Notes under the pieces: generated by a model
The model's database searches: none
What the model saw: the letters and a program-made list of their open reading frames with translations, nothing else
What the model was told of the DNA's origin: nothing
Assembly: GCA_040264055.1 (NCBI GenBank)
Contig: JBDQJC010000005.1
Coordinates: 1,440 to 65,439 of the forward strand
Direction of reading: 5' to 3'
DNA length: 64,000 nt
Source of the DNA: Planctomycetota bacterium
GTDB taxonomy: Bacteria > Planctomycetota > UBA1135
In this document: piece by piece, positions 28,024 through 37,016 of the stretch
Numbering within the stretch: position 1 is the stretch's first letter
Layout: every line of letters starts with the position of its first letter
Made by a program: the position numbers and the translations under genes

Positions 28024-29555
28024 GCCTGTAGTTTTCCGACCACTGCTTGCGCAGCATCGGCCAGCGCGCCATTCGCCAGCAGTTCGTGGGCATGATCGAG
28101 CTCAGGCCCCATGTAACGATCCTCGACCAACGCCGGAATGTCCTGACGCAGCCGCAGATAGGCAGCTTCGGCTCCCTTGCCCGCGCGGAGCTCGGCGTTG
28201 AACTCGCGCCCCTGCGCTGCGGTGTAGAACTCGATGGCAATCACCCGCTCGAGGTTCTCGATCGATTGCCGCAGCTTGCGGGCGGCGTGATTGGCCATCG
28301 AAACATGGTCCTCTTGATCGGCCGAGGTCGTCACCGAATCTGCGCTGGCCGGGTGAGCCAGGACTTTGTTCTCGCTGATCAACGCGGCGGCAACCACTTG
28401 AGGAATCATCAGGCCGGAATTGAGGCCCGGCTTCGGGGTCAAGAAAGCCGGCAGCCCTGACATCGCCGGGTGAATCAGCTCGCTGGTGCGACGTTCGCTG
28501 ATGTTGCCCCAGCTGCAACACGCGTTGGCTGCATAGTCCATGGGCAAGGCAATCGGTTGGCCATGAAAGTTGCCGGCCGAAATCGAGTCGCCACGATCGG
28601 GAAAGATCAAAGGGTTGTCGGTCGCCGCGTTGGCCTCGCGCACCAACACCTCGGCAGCGTGCGCGACGGCATCTTTGGCCGCGCCGTGCACCTGGGGCAT
28701 GCATCGGAAGGAATATGGATCTTGGACTCGATCGCAGTTCGAGTGCGCCTTGGCAACCTGCGAGCCGCGCAAGAGCTTGCGCAGATTCCTGGCCGTCGCC
28801 GCTGCGCCCGGATGCGGACGCACTTCCACCACCCGTGGATCGAAGGGGCGATGACTGCCCATGATGGCTTCCACCGAAAGCGCGCCGGCAATGTCGGCAC
28901 TGATCGAGAGATTGCGCAATCGAGCAAGCGCGGCCAAACCGATCGCGTTCGAAATCTGCACCCCGTTAATCAAAGCCAAGCCTTCCTTGGCAGCCAACTC
29001 TATGGGCTCCAGGCCGATCTTCTTGAGCGCGCGCGCGGTGGGAACCAGCTTGCCTTCGGGTGAAACCATCTCACCCGAACCGACCAGCGGCAGGGCCAAG
29101 TGCGCAAGCGGCGCCAGATCTCCGCAGGCACCGACCGAGCCTTTCTCCGGCACTCGCGGCAGCCAGCCCGACTCGAATAGTTTCATCAACCAGCGCACGA
29201 CCTGCGGACGCACGCCGCTGACGCCGCGGCACATCGATTGGATGCGCAGCAATAGAGCCAGCCGCTTCTCTTCAGGCTGCATATCGTCTCCGCAGCCAAC
29301 CGCGTGCGAGAGAAGCAGGTTGCGTTGCAAGGTGCCGGTGTCGGCCGCATCGATCGAGCGGTTCGCCAATGCACCGAAGCCGGTATTCACTCCGTAAACG
29401 GGGCGGCCAGCCTTCACGATGTCCTCAACCGTGCGGCGCGCGGCGCGCACGCGCTCTTGGGCATCGCGGCCAAATTTCAACTTCGGCTGGGCCCCGCGCG
29501 CTACCGCGAGGAGCAACTCTTCCGAAAGGGGTTCACCGAGAGAAAGGGAGGCCAT
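28020..29555 (-). CDS. hutH: Histidine ammonia-lyase with Ala-Cys-Gly in place of the Ala-Ser-Gly MIO triad
   Basis: 511 aa. YGVNTGFGALA, NLLLSHAVG, GSVGACGDLAPLAHL, LALINGVQ, VQDPYSFRCMPQVHGA, DNPLIF, AGNFHGQPIA, SADQEDHVSMA. The triad codons GCC TGC GGA were read directly on the minus strand at 29129-29121. Confidence 0.95.
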   Translation of the reverse strand: MASLSLGEPLSEELLLAVARGAQPKLKFGRDAQERVRAARRTVEDIVKAGRPVYGVNTGFGALANRSIDAADTGTLQRNLLLSHAVGCGDDMQPEEKRLALLLRIQSMCRGVSGVRPQVVRWLMKLFESGWLPRVPEKGSVGACGDLAPLAHLALPLVGSGEMVSPEGKLVPTARALKKIGLEPIELAAKEGLALINGVQISNAIGLAALARLRNLSISADIAGALSVEAIMGSHRPFDPRVVEVRPHPGAAATARNLRKLLRGSQVAKAHSNCDRVQDPYSFRCMPQVHGAAKDAVAHAAEVLVREANAATDNPLIFPDRGDSISAGNFHGQPIALPMDYAANACCSWGNISERRTSELIHPAMSGLPAFLTPKPGLNSGLMIPQVVAAALISENKVLAHPASADSVTTSADQEDHVSMANHAARKLRQSIENLERVIAIEFYTAAQGREFNAELRAGKGAEAAYLRLRQDIPALVEDRYMGPELDHAHELLANGALADAAQAVVGKLQA

Positions 29556-29614
29556 CTTGAGGAATCAGGAAATCGGATGCGGGGTACACGGCCGCGAAGG
29601 CGTGAGAATACCGA

Positions 29615-29775
29615 GAATCTGGCCCCCTTGGGTGGTGGTAGCCTCACCTATCTTCTTCATCAAAGCGAGCTTAGGTCGGAATTCCCATCTTGGCTTAGCC
29701 AAATGAGAATCCTGAGGTAATCCCCATGTCAGAAAAGGCTTAGGGTGATCTTCACCACCCAAGGGGGCCAGATTC
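29615..29775. repeat. 161-bp element: perfect 23-bp terminal inverted repeats flanking a 115-bp lower-GC core (MITE-like or structured RNA)
   Basis: Left arm gaatctggcccccttgggtggtg (29615-29637) is the exact reverse complement of the right arm caccacccaagggggccagattc (29753-29775). The core is 53/115 G+C by hand count. GCTTAG(G/C) occurs three times, at 29669, 29693 and 29738. Confidence 0.9.
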
Positions 29776-31414
29776 ATAGCTCGAACCCCGTGTTGCCGTC
29801 GATGCGCAATTCGCGATCGTGGCGCACCACCTCGCCGCCCGAACGCACCAAGACGTCGTACAAGCCCGAGGCAAGGCCTGCGAGTTTGGCTGCACCTTCA
29901 TCGACCACGACTCCGTCCATTTCCTCGACCAGACGGCCATCGAGGTACCACTCGACCTTGGGGAGGGCCGGGCGATTGCTGGCGAGTAGCTGCAATGCAG
30001 AAGATCGGTCTTCCGGGGAAAGCTTGACTTCCAAATTGCTGAAGCTGCGGCGAATTGGCAGTCGCCGCGATTGGTAGCCCGGGGCGCTGACGGTCAGCAC
30101 GAGCGATCCGGTTCCTTCGGGATGATCGCCTACCGCAAAGTCGAAGCCACCATCGTTGCGCGCGCGCAGTTCGCGGCGCAACGGCGCGGGAACGGGCAGC
30201 ATGGCGGTCGAGGGGCTCAACTCCAGCCCGGGGTAAAGATTGCCGAGCATCGCCGAGGGGTCGACGGCTTCGAGCACCAACTTGGCACGCGCAAGAGCGG
30301 CGCCTTTTTCATCGAAGACCCGCCCGGCGACGCGTCCATCGCCACGCTTGATGACGAACTCGACTCGGGTCGGGGTGTGACGCGCCGGCTGCACCGAACG
30401 CAAGCGCGGCTCGGTCACCCCCGAAGGGTGGAACACGCGAATATCAATGAGATGGCTGGTCGGCACATCTTGCAGCACAAAACTTCCGTCCGGCTCGATC
30501 TGCACCCCTTGCCAGGTCTCCCAAGCAATCTTGTGCGTCGAGATCTTGTTGCTGCGCGGAACCACGCTGACCTGTGGATAGGGACTTCCCGGCCAGGACA
30601 GCACCTTGCCCAAAACGCGCGCACCCTGCGGCAGCGCTGGCACTTCGATCGGCGGCGCATTGGCCGGACGAATCATCAAATTCAACTCCTGACGCACCGG
30701 CACATGGCCTTCGGCGCGAATCGTCAACAGCACCCGTTCGCCACCAACCAAGGGCGGCACGCGCGCGATGCCGTCTTCGTCGCTCAAGATCTCCTGATCA
30801 TTGAGCCCGGTGTAAACACGTGCGCCCGGCAAGGGCTTGTTTTCAAAATCGCGCAGCATCAATTCGACGCCGATCGCTGGTGCGACGCGGAAATCTCGCC
30901 AGCTGCGGCCCACTCCACGCACCCGATGGCTGCGTACCGTGCTGCCGTAGCCCGGCACATCGATCCGGAAGAAGTGTGTGCCCGGGAGCAGCTCAGGGAA
31001 AAGATAGTGACCTTGCTTGCGGCTCACCGTGGACCAGCCATCCTGCGGGCCACCGACGATGGTTAAGCGTGCCCCTTCGATGCCTTGCTTGGACTCGTCG
31101 AGGACGGCTCCTTCCATCGAGCCTGCGCGCTTGGGGCTGATTCGCTCTTCTTCGATACCGCCCAGGCTGCGCAACTCAACGGTAAGTAAATCGCTTGCCC
31201 AAGGTTGCTCGGGCGGCGCGCCTGGATCCGCCAGACTTGGCCCGTTCGAAGTCTCGGCCGACTCGGCCACGCTCGGCCCCACAATCGGCTCGACCGGCAG
31301 AGGATCGTCGCCTGGGCCCAGCACAACGGCAAGCACGGCGAGCACCGCACCGATCAGGACCACCCAACCCCAAACCGGAAAGCGGCGCGAGTCAGTAGAG
31401 GTCAACGGCGCCAT
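29774..31414 (-). CDS. Membrane-anchored protein with repeated carboxypeptidase-regulatory-like (Ig-like beta-sandwich) domains
   Basis: 546 aa. N-terminal TM anchor FPVWGWVVLIGAVLAVLAVVLG. Repeats such as GIEGARLTIVGGPQDGWSTVSRKQGHYLFPELLPGTHFFRIDVPGYG and GARVYTGLNDQEILSDEDGIARVPPL. Confidence 0.65.
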   Translation of the reverse strand: MAPLTSTDSRRFPVWGWVVLIGAVLAVLAVVLGPGDDPLPVEPIVGPSVAESAETSNGPSLADPGAPPEQPWASDLLTVELRSLGGIEEERISPKRAGSMEGAVLDESKQGIEGARLTIVGGPQDGWSTVSRKQGHYLFPELLPGTHFFRIDVPGYGSTVRSHRVRGVGRSWRDFRVAPAIGVELMLRDFENKPLPGARVYTGLNDQEILSDEDGIARVPPLVGGERVLLTIRAEGHVPVRQELNLMIRPANAPPIEVPALPQGARVLGKVLSWPGSPYPQVSVVPRSNKISTHKIAWETWQGVQIEPDGSFVLQDVPTSHLIDIRVFHPSGVTEPRLRSVQPARHTPTRVEFVIKRGDGRVAGRVFDEKGAALARAKLVLEAVDPSAMLGNLYPGLELSPSTAMLPVPAPLRRELRARNDGGFDFAVGDHPEGTGSLVLTVSAPGYQSRRLPIRRSFSNLEVKLSPEDRSSALQLLASNRPALPKVEWYLDGRLVEEMDGVVVDEGAAKLAGLASGLYDVLVRSGGEVVRHDRELRIDGNTGFEL

Positions 31415-31422
31415 TCCCCGTC

Positions 31423-31428
31423 AGAGTA
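31423..31428 (-). promoter_or_regulatory. -10-like hexamer TACTCT, 8 nt upstream of ATG 31414 (leaderless configuration)
   Basis: Minus strand reads TACTCTgacggggaATG. Confidence 0.3.
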
Positions 31429-31464
31429 TCCTGTCGGGCGCAACCGGTTGCCCCACCCTTGCCC

Positions 31465-32337
31465 ATGTCACATCTTTCTGACCCAGCACAAACCAAGATG
31501 GCGCGCACCACCGTGAAGGTGGCGAGCGGCCTGTGCGTGGTCAAGCTTGGCGCCTTCGCAGCGAGTGGCAGTTCGGGCGTTCTGGGCTCGGCAGTGGATT
31601 CGGGTCTGGATTTGGTGGCCTCCTTGGTGGTGCTGTGGGCTGTTACCGCAGCGGCTCGCCCGGCCGATGCCGACCACCCCTTCGGCCACGGCAAAGCCGA
31701 GTCGCTCGCCAGCCTGCTGCAATCGGTCCTGATTTTGGCCTCAGGTCTGGGTTTGGCCTATCACGCGATTCGTCGCGCCCTCGACGATGATTTTGCGCTG
31801 CAATCCAGCACGATTGGCATCGTCGTCATGATTGGCAGCTCGATCGTGACCCTGTGGCTGGTGCGTCAGCTGCGCCGCGTCGCCAAGGAAACTGGCTCGC
31901 CGGCGCTCGACGCCGACAGTGCGCACTATGCCAGCGATCTTGCGACCAACTTGGCCGCGGCCGCTGGTCTGGGCCTCTTCGCATTGACCGGCTGGGTCTG
32001 GCCCGACCTCGTGGTTGGCTTGGGCATCGCGCTGGTCATTTTGAATACCGCGCGCGAGGTGTTCACCGGCGCGACCGACGGGCTGATGGACAAGGCGATG
32101 GATTCAGCCGAAGAATCCGCGGTGTTGCGCACAATCCTCGGTTTTGCACCGCGCGTCGCCGGCTTTCACGATTTGCGCGCACGCCGCGCCGGCGCCGAAG
32201 TCTTCATCGAGCTGCACCTCGACATCCCGCGCAACTGCAGCTTTGTCGAGGCGCATGACCTCGCCGAAGAGGTCGGCGAAGCGGTGCGCCGTGCCGTGCC
32301 ACGCTCGCACGTCACCGTGCACGCTGACCCGCTCTAG
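31465..32337 (+). CDS. Cation diffusion facilitator (CDF) family transporter (FieF-like)
   Basis: SGSSGVLGSAVDSGLDLVAS, ADADHPFGHGKAESLASL and the C-terminal domain HDLRARRAGAEVFIELHLD. First ATG is at 31465 (ORF-track start 31459 is TTG; ATG 31498 is also possible). Confidence 0.88.
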   Translation: MSHLSDPAQTKMARTTVKVASGLCVVKLGAFAASGSSGVLGSAVDSGLDLVASLVVLWAVTAAARPADADHPFGHGKAESLASLLQSVLILASGLGLAYHAIRRALDDDFALQSSTIGIVVMIGSSIVTLWLVRQLRRVAKETGSPALDADSAHYASDLATNLAAAAGLGLFALTGWVWPDLVVGLGIALVILNTAREVFTGATDGLMDKAMDSAEESAVLRTILGFAPRVAGFHDLRARRAGAEVFIELHLDIPRNCSFVEAHDLAEEVGEAVRRAVPRSHVTVHADPL

Positions 32338-33188
32338 TCGACGCGAAAACGCGCGACGACCGCATCGTGATCGCTGGGAAAAAGTTCGCCCAGCCGACCG
32401 CCAAGGATTTCGGCCGAGACCGCTTGCACGCCGCGGTACATCAAGTGATCGATGCGCCGCCCACCGCTTGGATCACGGAAGCCGTTGAAGGTGCCGCGCG
32501 TGTCCTCCGGGTGCAGACTGCGCATCGCCGATTGCCAGCCTTGCTGAAAGAAGGCCTGCATCGGCGCCGAGTCCTCCATTGCGTTGAAGTCGCCGGTGAC
32601 GACGACCGCAGGCTGGTTCAGCGCATCGCTCAAGATCAGATGACTCGAAGCCAGACGGGCCTCGGCACCGCGATGGTCGTAATGAGTCCCATAAATGCGC
32701 AGGGCTTTGCCCCCAGCGCGGCTCTGTACATCAGCCCAAACCGCCATGCGCGGCAGGGCCGCGTCCCAACCGCGGCTCGCCACCACTTCTGGCGTGGGAG
32801 ACAGCCACATTTCACCCCAAGCGAGCAATTCGACGGTGGCATCGCGCACATAAAGGCCGGAAAACTCACCACCTGTGCCGCCGTCGCGATGTTGCCCCAA
32901 CTTTGTATAGCCCGCGAGCACCTCGGCCAGTTCAAGGAGTTGGAAATCGAGGCCCTCCTGAATCGCCAGCACATCGGGCGCGACCGAAGCAATGCGCTCG
33001 GCGACCAAATCGCGGCGCGCTGGCCAGACATGATCGCCATCTTCCGCCGTGCCATAGCGGATATTGAAACTCATGACCGTCAGGAACTCGGCCTCGGCCC
33101 CATCGAGCTTGCCCGGCCGCCCCGGCGCGTGACAGGCGGCAAGAACGAGGGTCAGAATGAGGGCAACGCGGAGTTGGAACCTAGCCAT
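32334..33188 (-). CDS. Secreted endonuclease/exonuclease/phosphatase (EEP) family protein
   Basis: Signal/lipoprotein-like N-terminus (LTLVLAACH). LTVMSFNIRYG, DVLAIQEG, VTGDFN, SDHDAVVARF blocks. Confidence 0.85.
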   Translation of the reverse strand: MARFQLRVALILTLVLAACHAPGRPGKLDGAEAEFLTVMSFNIRYGTAEDGDHVWPARRDLVAERIASVAPDVLAIQEGLDFQLLELAEVLAGYTKLGQHRDGGTGGEFSGLYVRDATVELLAWGEMWLSPTPEVVASRGWDAALPRMAVWADVQSRAGGKALRIYGTHYDHRGAEARLASSHLILSDALNQPAVVVTGDFNAMEDSAPMQAFFQQGWQSAMRSLHPEDTRGTFNGFRDPSGGRRIDHLMYRGVQAVSAEILGGRLGELFPSDHDAVVARFRVD

Positions 33189-33197
33189 AGCGCATTG

Positions 33198-33203
33198 AAT
33201 CTA
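33198..33203 (-). promoter_or_regulatory. -10-like hexamer TAGATT, 9 nt upstream of ATG 33188
   Basis: Minus strand reads TAGATTcaatgcgctATG. Confidence 0.35.
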
Positions 33204-33297
33204 ACGGGTTCACGGCCGCCATACCTCAATCGTTGGGTAAGCTTCCGGCAAACGCGGTTGCGCGCCCCCCTTTCCGGCCGCGCCCCGCTCACCCAAC

Positions 33298-34404
33298 ATG
33301 CTCAAGGTCGGCTTCGACATTCGCCCGGCGCTGTTCGATTACGCAGGCATCGGTCGCTACGTCCGCGAGGTCGGCGTTGCGCTGACCCAGCTCGAGGACG
33401 GCCCCTTCCTGGATATGTACGCGCCATCGTGGCGCGGCGGCCGCAAGGTACCCAGTCGGCTCAACCCGGAGCATCACAAGATCCATCGTGGTTTCTTGCC
33501 CGGGCGCGCGATGCGCTGGATCAGCAAGCTGCCCGGCATGGACGCGGGCAGCCGCCCGGCCAAGGTCGACGTCTTCCATTGGACGGACTTCACCTTTCCC
33601 ACGGTGCGATCTTGCGCCACGGTCATGACCATGCACGACGCCGCCTTCGCCGTCGACCCGACCTTCCATGGTTGGGAGACCTCGCGATTGCTCGACCGCG
33701 TACGCCGGCATATGCGCCAGGCCGATGTAGTCATCGTGCCTACGGCACCGACTTTGCATGATGCAGAACTGCTGGGATTGAACCCCAAGCAAGTCCAGGT
33801 GGTACCGCACGGCGTCAGCCCTTTCTTCTGCCCGCCTGAAAAGAAGGAGGAGAAGCGCGAGTACCTGCTGACGGTCAGCACCATCGAGCCACGCAAGAAT
33901 TACTCGCGCATCTTGCAGGCATTGGAGACCTGCTGGGATCGTGGCGTCGCGCCAGACTGGGTCATTTTGGGCCGTCCAGGCTGGGAGCACGAAGACTTCC
34001 TGTCCCAGATGGCATCCTCGCGGCATAGCAAACGCATCACATGGATCTCGCACGCCGAGTCCGAGAACCGTTTGCTTGAGCTCTATCAAGGAGCGTTGGC
34101 CTTGGTGCACCCTTCCTTGCACGAGGGATTCGGCCTGCCTGTGCTGGAAGCCATGGCTTGCGGCACACCGGTCGTGGTCGGCGAAGGCACCTCGCCCGCG
34201 TGGGTGGCAGGCAATGCCGCCATGCTGGTCGATCCGCGCGAAGTCGATTCGATCGCCGAAGGCATCGAGCGCATCGTCTCCGAAGATTGGTGGCGCAAAC
34301 ACGCAGCCGCTGTCTTGCTGCGTCGCTCCAAAGAGTTTACTTGGGAACGCGCAGCGACTTTGACGCATCAGGCATATCAGCAAGCTGTCGAAGCGCACGG
34401 CTAG
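33298..34404 (+). CDS. Glycosyltransferase family 4 (GT-B, Glycos_transf_1)
   Basis: 368 aa. YLLTVSTIEPRKN, ALVHPSLHEGFGLPVLEAMACGTPVVV (E-x7-E region). Confidence 0.9.
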   Translation: MLKVGFDIRPALFDYAGIGRYVREVGVALTQLEDGPFLDMYAPSWRGGRKVPSRLNPEHHKIHRGFLPGRAMRWISKLPGMDAGSRPAKVDVFHWTDFTFPTVRSCATVMTMHDAAFAVDPTFHGWETSRLLDRVRRHMRQADVVIVPTAPTLHDAELLGLNPKQVQVVPHGVSPFFCPPEKKEEKREYLLTVSTIEPRKNYSRILQALETCWDRGVAPDWVILGRPGWEHEDFLSQMASSRHSKRITWISHAESENRLLELYQGALALVHPSLHEGFGLPVLEAMACGTPVVVGEGTSPAWVAGNAAMLVDPREVDSIAEGIERIVSEDWWRKHAAAVLLRRSKEFTWERAATLTHQAYQQAVEAHG

Positions 34405-34428
34405 CGAGCGGAAGGTTAGGCTGGCTGC

Positions 34429-36330
34429 ATGCTTGCTCTGCTTGCGGCTTTCCTCCTTCCACAAATCGCGGCGCCCGATGTTCCGGCTCTCGACGCGGCG
34501 CCGGCGTCCGTCGAGCGGCCGAACATCCTTTGGCTAAGCTTCGAAGATCATGGTCCGCAGCTAGGTTGTTACGGCGATGACTACGCCGATACACCGGTGC
34601 TGGATGGCTTAGCGGCAAGCGGCATTCGTTATGAACGATGCTGGTCGAATGCTCCGGTTTGTTCGACGGCACGCACGACCTTGATCACTGGTCGCTATGC
34701 AACGAGCTTAGGCGCGCACCACCACCGCAGCCGCTTGCCCTTGCCCGATGGCGTGCGTTTCTTTCCGCAGTTGTTGCGCGAGGCGGGCTACTTCTGCACC
34801 AACAACCGCAAAGAGGACTACAACCTCGCTAAGCCGCAAGGCACATGGGATATGTCGGGCAACAACGCGCATTGGCGCAAGCGCGCGCCTGGCCAACCCT
34901 TCTTTGCGGTCGTCAACGTGACGATCTCGCACGAGTCGCAGATTCGCAAACGGCCGCACAAGTTGGTGCACGATCCGGGCAAATTCGAGCTGCCTCCGTA
35001 TTACCCCGACTTGCCCGAGATTCGTCGCGATTGGGCGCAGGAGTACGACAAGGGCACCGAAATGGATACGCGCTTGGGCCAAGTCTTGGCAGAACTGCGC
35101 GAAGACGGCTTGGAAGAAGACACGATCATCTTCGCCTTTGGCGACCACGGTTCGGGCATGCCGCGACACAAGCGTTGGCCGGGTGATTCGGGGCAACGCG
35201 TGCCCTTGATCTTGGTCGTGCCCGAGAAGTGGAAGCACTTGCGCCCGGAAGGCTATGAATCAGGAGCGATGCTCAAGCGGCTCGTCGCCTTTGTCGACTT
35301 CGGCCCCACCGTGCTCAGCCTTGCTGGCATCAAAGCCGACGAAGGCATGCAAGGCGTGCCCTTCCTCGGAAAATTCAACGGGCCCGACAAGAAGTACCTG
35401 TTCGGCTACCGCGGTCGCATGGACGAACGCGATGACGAGGTGCGTGTGATTACCGATGGGCGCTATGTGTATCTGTGGAATTTCGACGGTGCGCGGCCGC
35501 ATGGCGCGCACGTCAGTTATCAGTTCGAGACGCCGACCACGAAGGCTTGGTACGAATACGCGCGCGACAACCCCGACGCACCCGCCGCGATTCGTGATTA
35601 CTGGTTTGGCACGCGCGGGCCGGAGGACCTCTTTGATCTCGCCGAGGACCCACACGAAGTCTCCGATTTGATCGAAATCAAACAAGCCGCATCGGTGCGC
35701 AACACCCTATCCCAGGAGCTACGACGGATCTTGATCGCTACCCAGGACCTCGGCTTTATTCCCGAGCACATGATGATCAAGCAGCTACACCAAGGAACGG
35801 CCAAGTTCGAGCCCGAGTACTTGGAGGCCGCGCGCAATACTTGGATCTTCGCTCACGATGGCTGGGCCAATCCCGCGAGCCTGAGCAAAAGCGATGACCC
35901 CGTGCTGCGTTGGTGGGCGGCGCAGGCGATCCTCACACGCAGCCGCATGACACGCGAAGGAATTGGTTGGCGTTCCAATCAAACCGACGGCGGAGTCCGC
36001 GTGCAACTCGCGCGGAGCGTGCTGCTCGACGCCGGCGATCACAGCGCCTTGCAAAGCGGTGGATACGATCGACCGAACCCTTGGGATGTATTGCTTCAAC
36101 ACGCGGGCCCCACGGAATCAAACTACTTCATTCGCCTGCTTGCTTGGCAAGCCCTCGACGAAGCAATCGTGCACGGACAGCACAACCGGTTCATCCAACG
36201 GCGCGCCACGCCTGAGTTTCGTACCACAGTGGAATCGATCTCCACCGACCATCCAGACTTGGATGGAGCGTTCAGAAACTACCTGCCCCGCTTGAAGGAG
36301 AAGGTGCTCGCTGAACTCGCGAGCGACTAA
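34429..36330 (+). CDS. Sulfatase (arylsulfatase family S1) with atypical C-S-T-A-R maturation motif
   Basis: 633 aa with signal peptide. NILWLSFEDHG metal-binding block, APVCSTARTTLITGRY (34660-34674), FAFGDHG block. Confidence 0.9.
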   Translation: MLALLAAFLLPQIAAPDVPALDAAPASVERPNILWLSFEDHGPQLGCYGDDYADTPVLDGLAASGIRYERCWSNAPVCSTARTTLITGRYATSLGAHHHRSRLPLPDGVRFFPQLLREAGYFCTNNRKEDYNLAKPQGTWDMSGNNAHWRKRAPGQPFFAVVNVTISHESQIRKRPHKLVHDPGKFELPPYYPDLPEIRRDWAQEYDKGTEMDTRLGQVLAELREDGLEEDTIIFAFGDHGSGMPRHKRWPGDSGQRVPLILVVPEKWKHLRPEGYESGAMLKRLVAFVDFGPTVLSLAGIKADEGMQGVPFLGKFNGPDKKYLFGYRGRMDERDDEVRVITDGRYVYLWNFDGARPHGAHVSYQFETPTTKAWYEYARDNPDAPAAIRDYWFGTRGPEDLFDLAEDPHEVSDLIEIKQAASVRNTLSQELRRILIATQDLGFIPEHMMIKQLHQGTAKFEPEYLEAARNTWIFAHDGWANPASLSKSDDPVLRWWAAQAILTRSRMTREGIGWRSNQTDGGVRVQLARSVLLDAGDHSALQSGGYDRPNPWDVLLQHAGPTESNYFIRLLAWQALDEAIVHGQHNRFIQRRATPEFRTTVESISTDHPDLDGAFRNYLPRLKEKVLAELASD

Positions 36331-36998
36331 CCGGTCGGTGCGATCGTTGCGGACAACATGCGCACGCCGATCACGACACCAACCATGACGCCGATCGCAA
36401 TCGCGCCGACAAGCAGCTGCATCGCGAACGACAACTGCGACAAGTCGCCGAGGCCACGTGAGCGCTTGGCGTCTTGCAGCTCCGCGCGCAAGCGAGCCCG
36501 TTCCTGATCGGCGCGCGTCGTTCGCGAAGGCGCTGCGGGCTCTGGCTCGGGTTGAGGATCTCGTCGCGGCGCTGGAGCAGGTGTCGAAACCGAAGTCGCT
36601 GCAGCAACCGGGACCGGGTCCTCTTCGAGCAAGATTTCGTCGCCCAATTCCAGATCAGGCAAATCCCCGGAACCAGAACTCGCGGAGTCCGGCGCGCCGA
36701 CAAACTCAAAGGCGACCGCACCGAAGGTGATCAGATCACCCGATCTCAGTTCAAACTCTTGACCGCGTTCGCCGTTGCGGAAAGTCCCGTTCGACGAACC
36801 CTGGTCGACCACCCACCAGGAATCCCCCCGTAATTCGAGGCGCGCATGGCGGCGCGACACGCTGCCGTCTTGCAAACGCAGCGCACAATCGGCCATGCGG
36901 CCGACGACCAAACCTGGGGTCAGTTCGGTCTCCTCACCCGATTCCCTGCGGCGCAGTTTCACGTTGCGCCATCGTATCCCTGCCTTTGCGCTGTCCAT
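36327..36998 (-). CDS. FHA-domain protein with C-terminal membrane anchor
   Basis: VVGRMADCALRLQDGSVSRRHARLELRGDSWWVVDQGSSNGTFRNG...GDLITFG is a canonical FHA core. Pro/Glu-rich linker. C-terminal TM LLVGAIAIGVMVGVVIGV. Confidence 0.85.
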   Translation of the reverse strand: MDSAKAGIRWRNVKLRRRESGEETELTPGLVVGRMADCALRLQDGSVSRRHARLELRGDSWWVVDQGSSNGTFRNGERGQEFELRSGDLITFGAVAFEFVGAPDSASSGSGDLPDLELGDEILLEEDPVPVAAATSVSTPAPAPRRDPQPEPEPAAPSRTTRADQERARLRAELQDAKRSRGLGDLSQLSFAMQLLVGAIAIGVMVGVVIGVRMLSATIAPTG

Positions 36999-37002
36999 GG
37001 CC

Positions 37003-37008
37003 TAGAAT
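37003..37008 (+). promoter_or_regulatory. -10-like hexamer TAGAAT, 8 nt upstream of TTG 37017
   Basis: ccTAGAATcattcagcTTG, lying only 4 nt from the divergent FHA gene ATG (36998). Confidence 0.35.
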
Positions 37009-37016
37009 CATTCAGC

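Noticed and set aside
29565-29777. 70-aa minus ORF and overlapping plus ORFs inside the inverted-repeat element, both containing NLAPLGG
   Set aside because: The shared peptide is simply the two arms of the inverted repeat translated. There are no start signals and no protein-like composition.
33289-34464. 391-aa minus-strand ORF exactly mirroring the GT4 gene
   Set aside because: The plus-strand frame carries the GT-B E-x7-E signature (EGFGLPVLEAMACGTPVV). The antisense product is His/Arg/Gln-rich with no motifs, so it is a shadow ORF.
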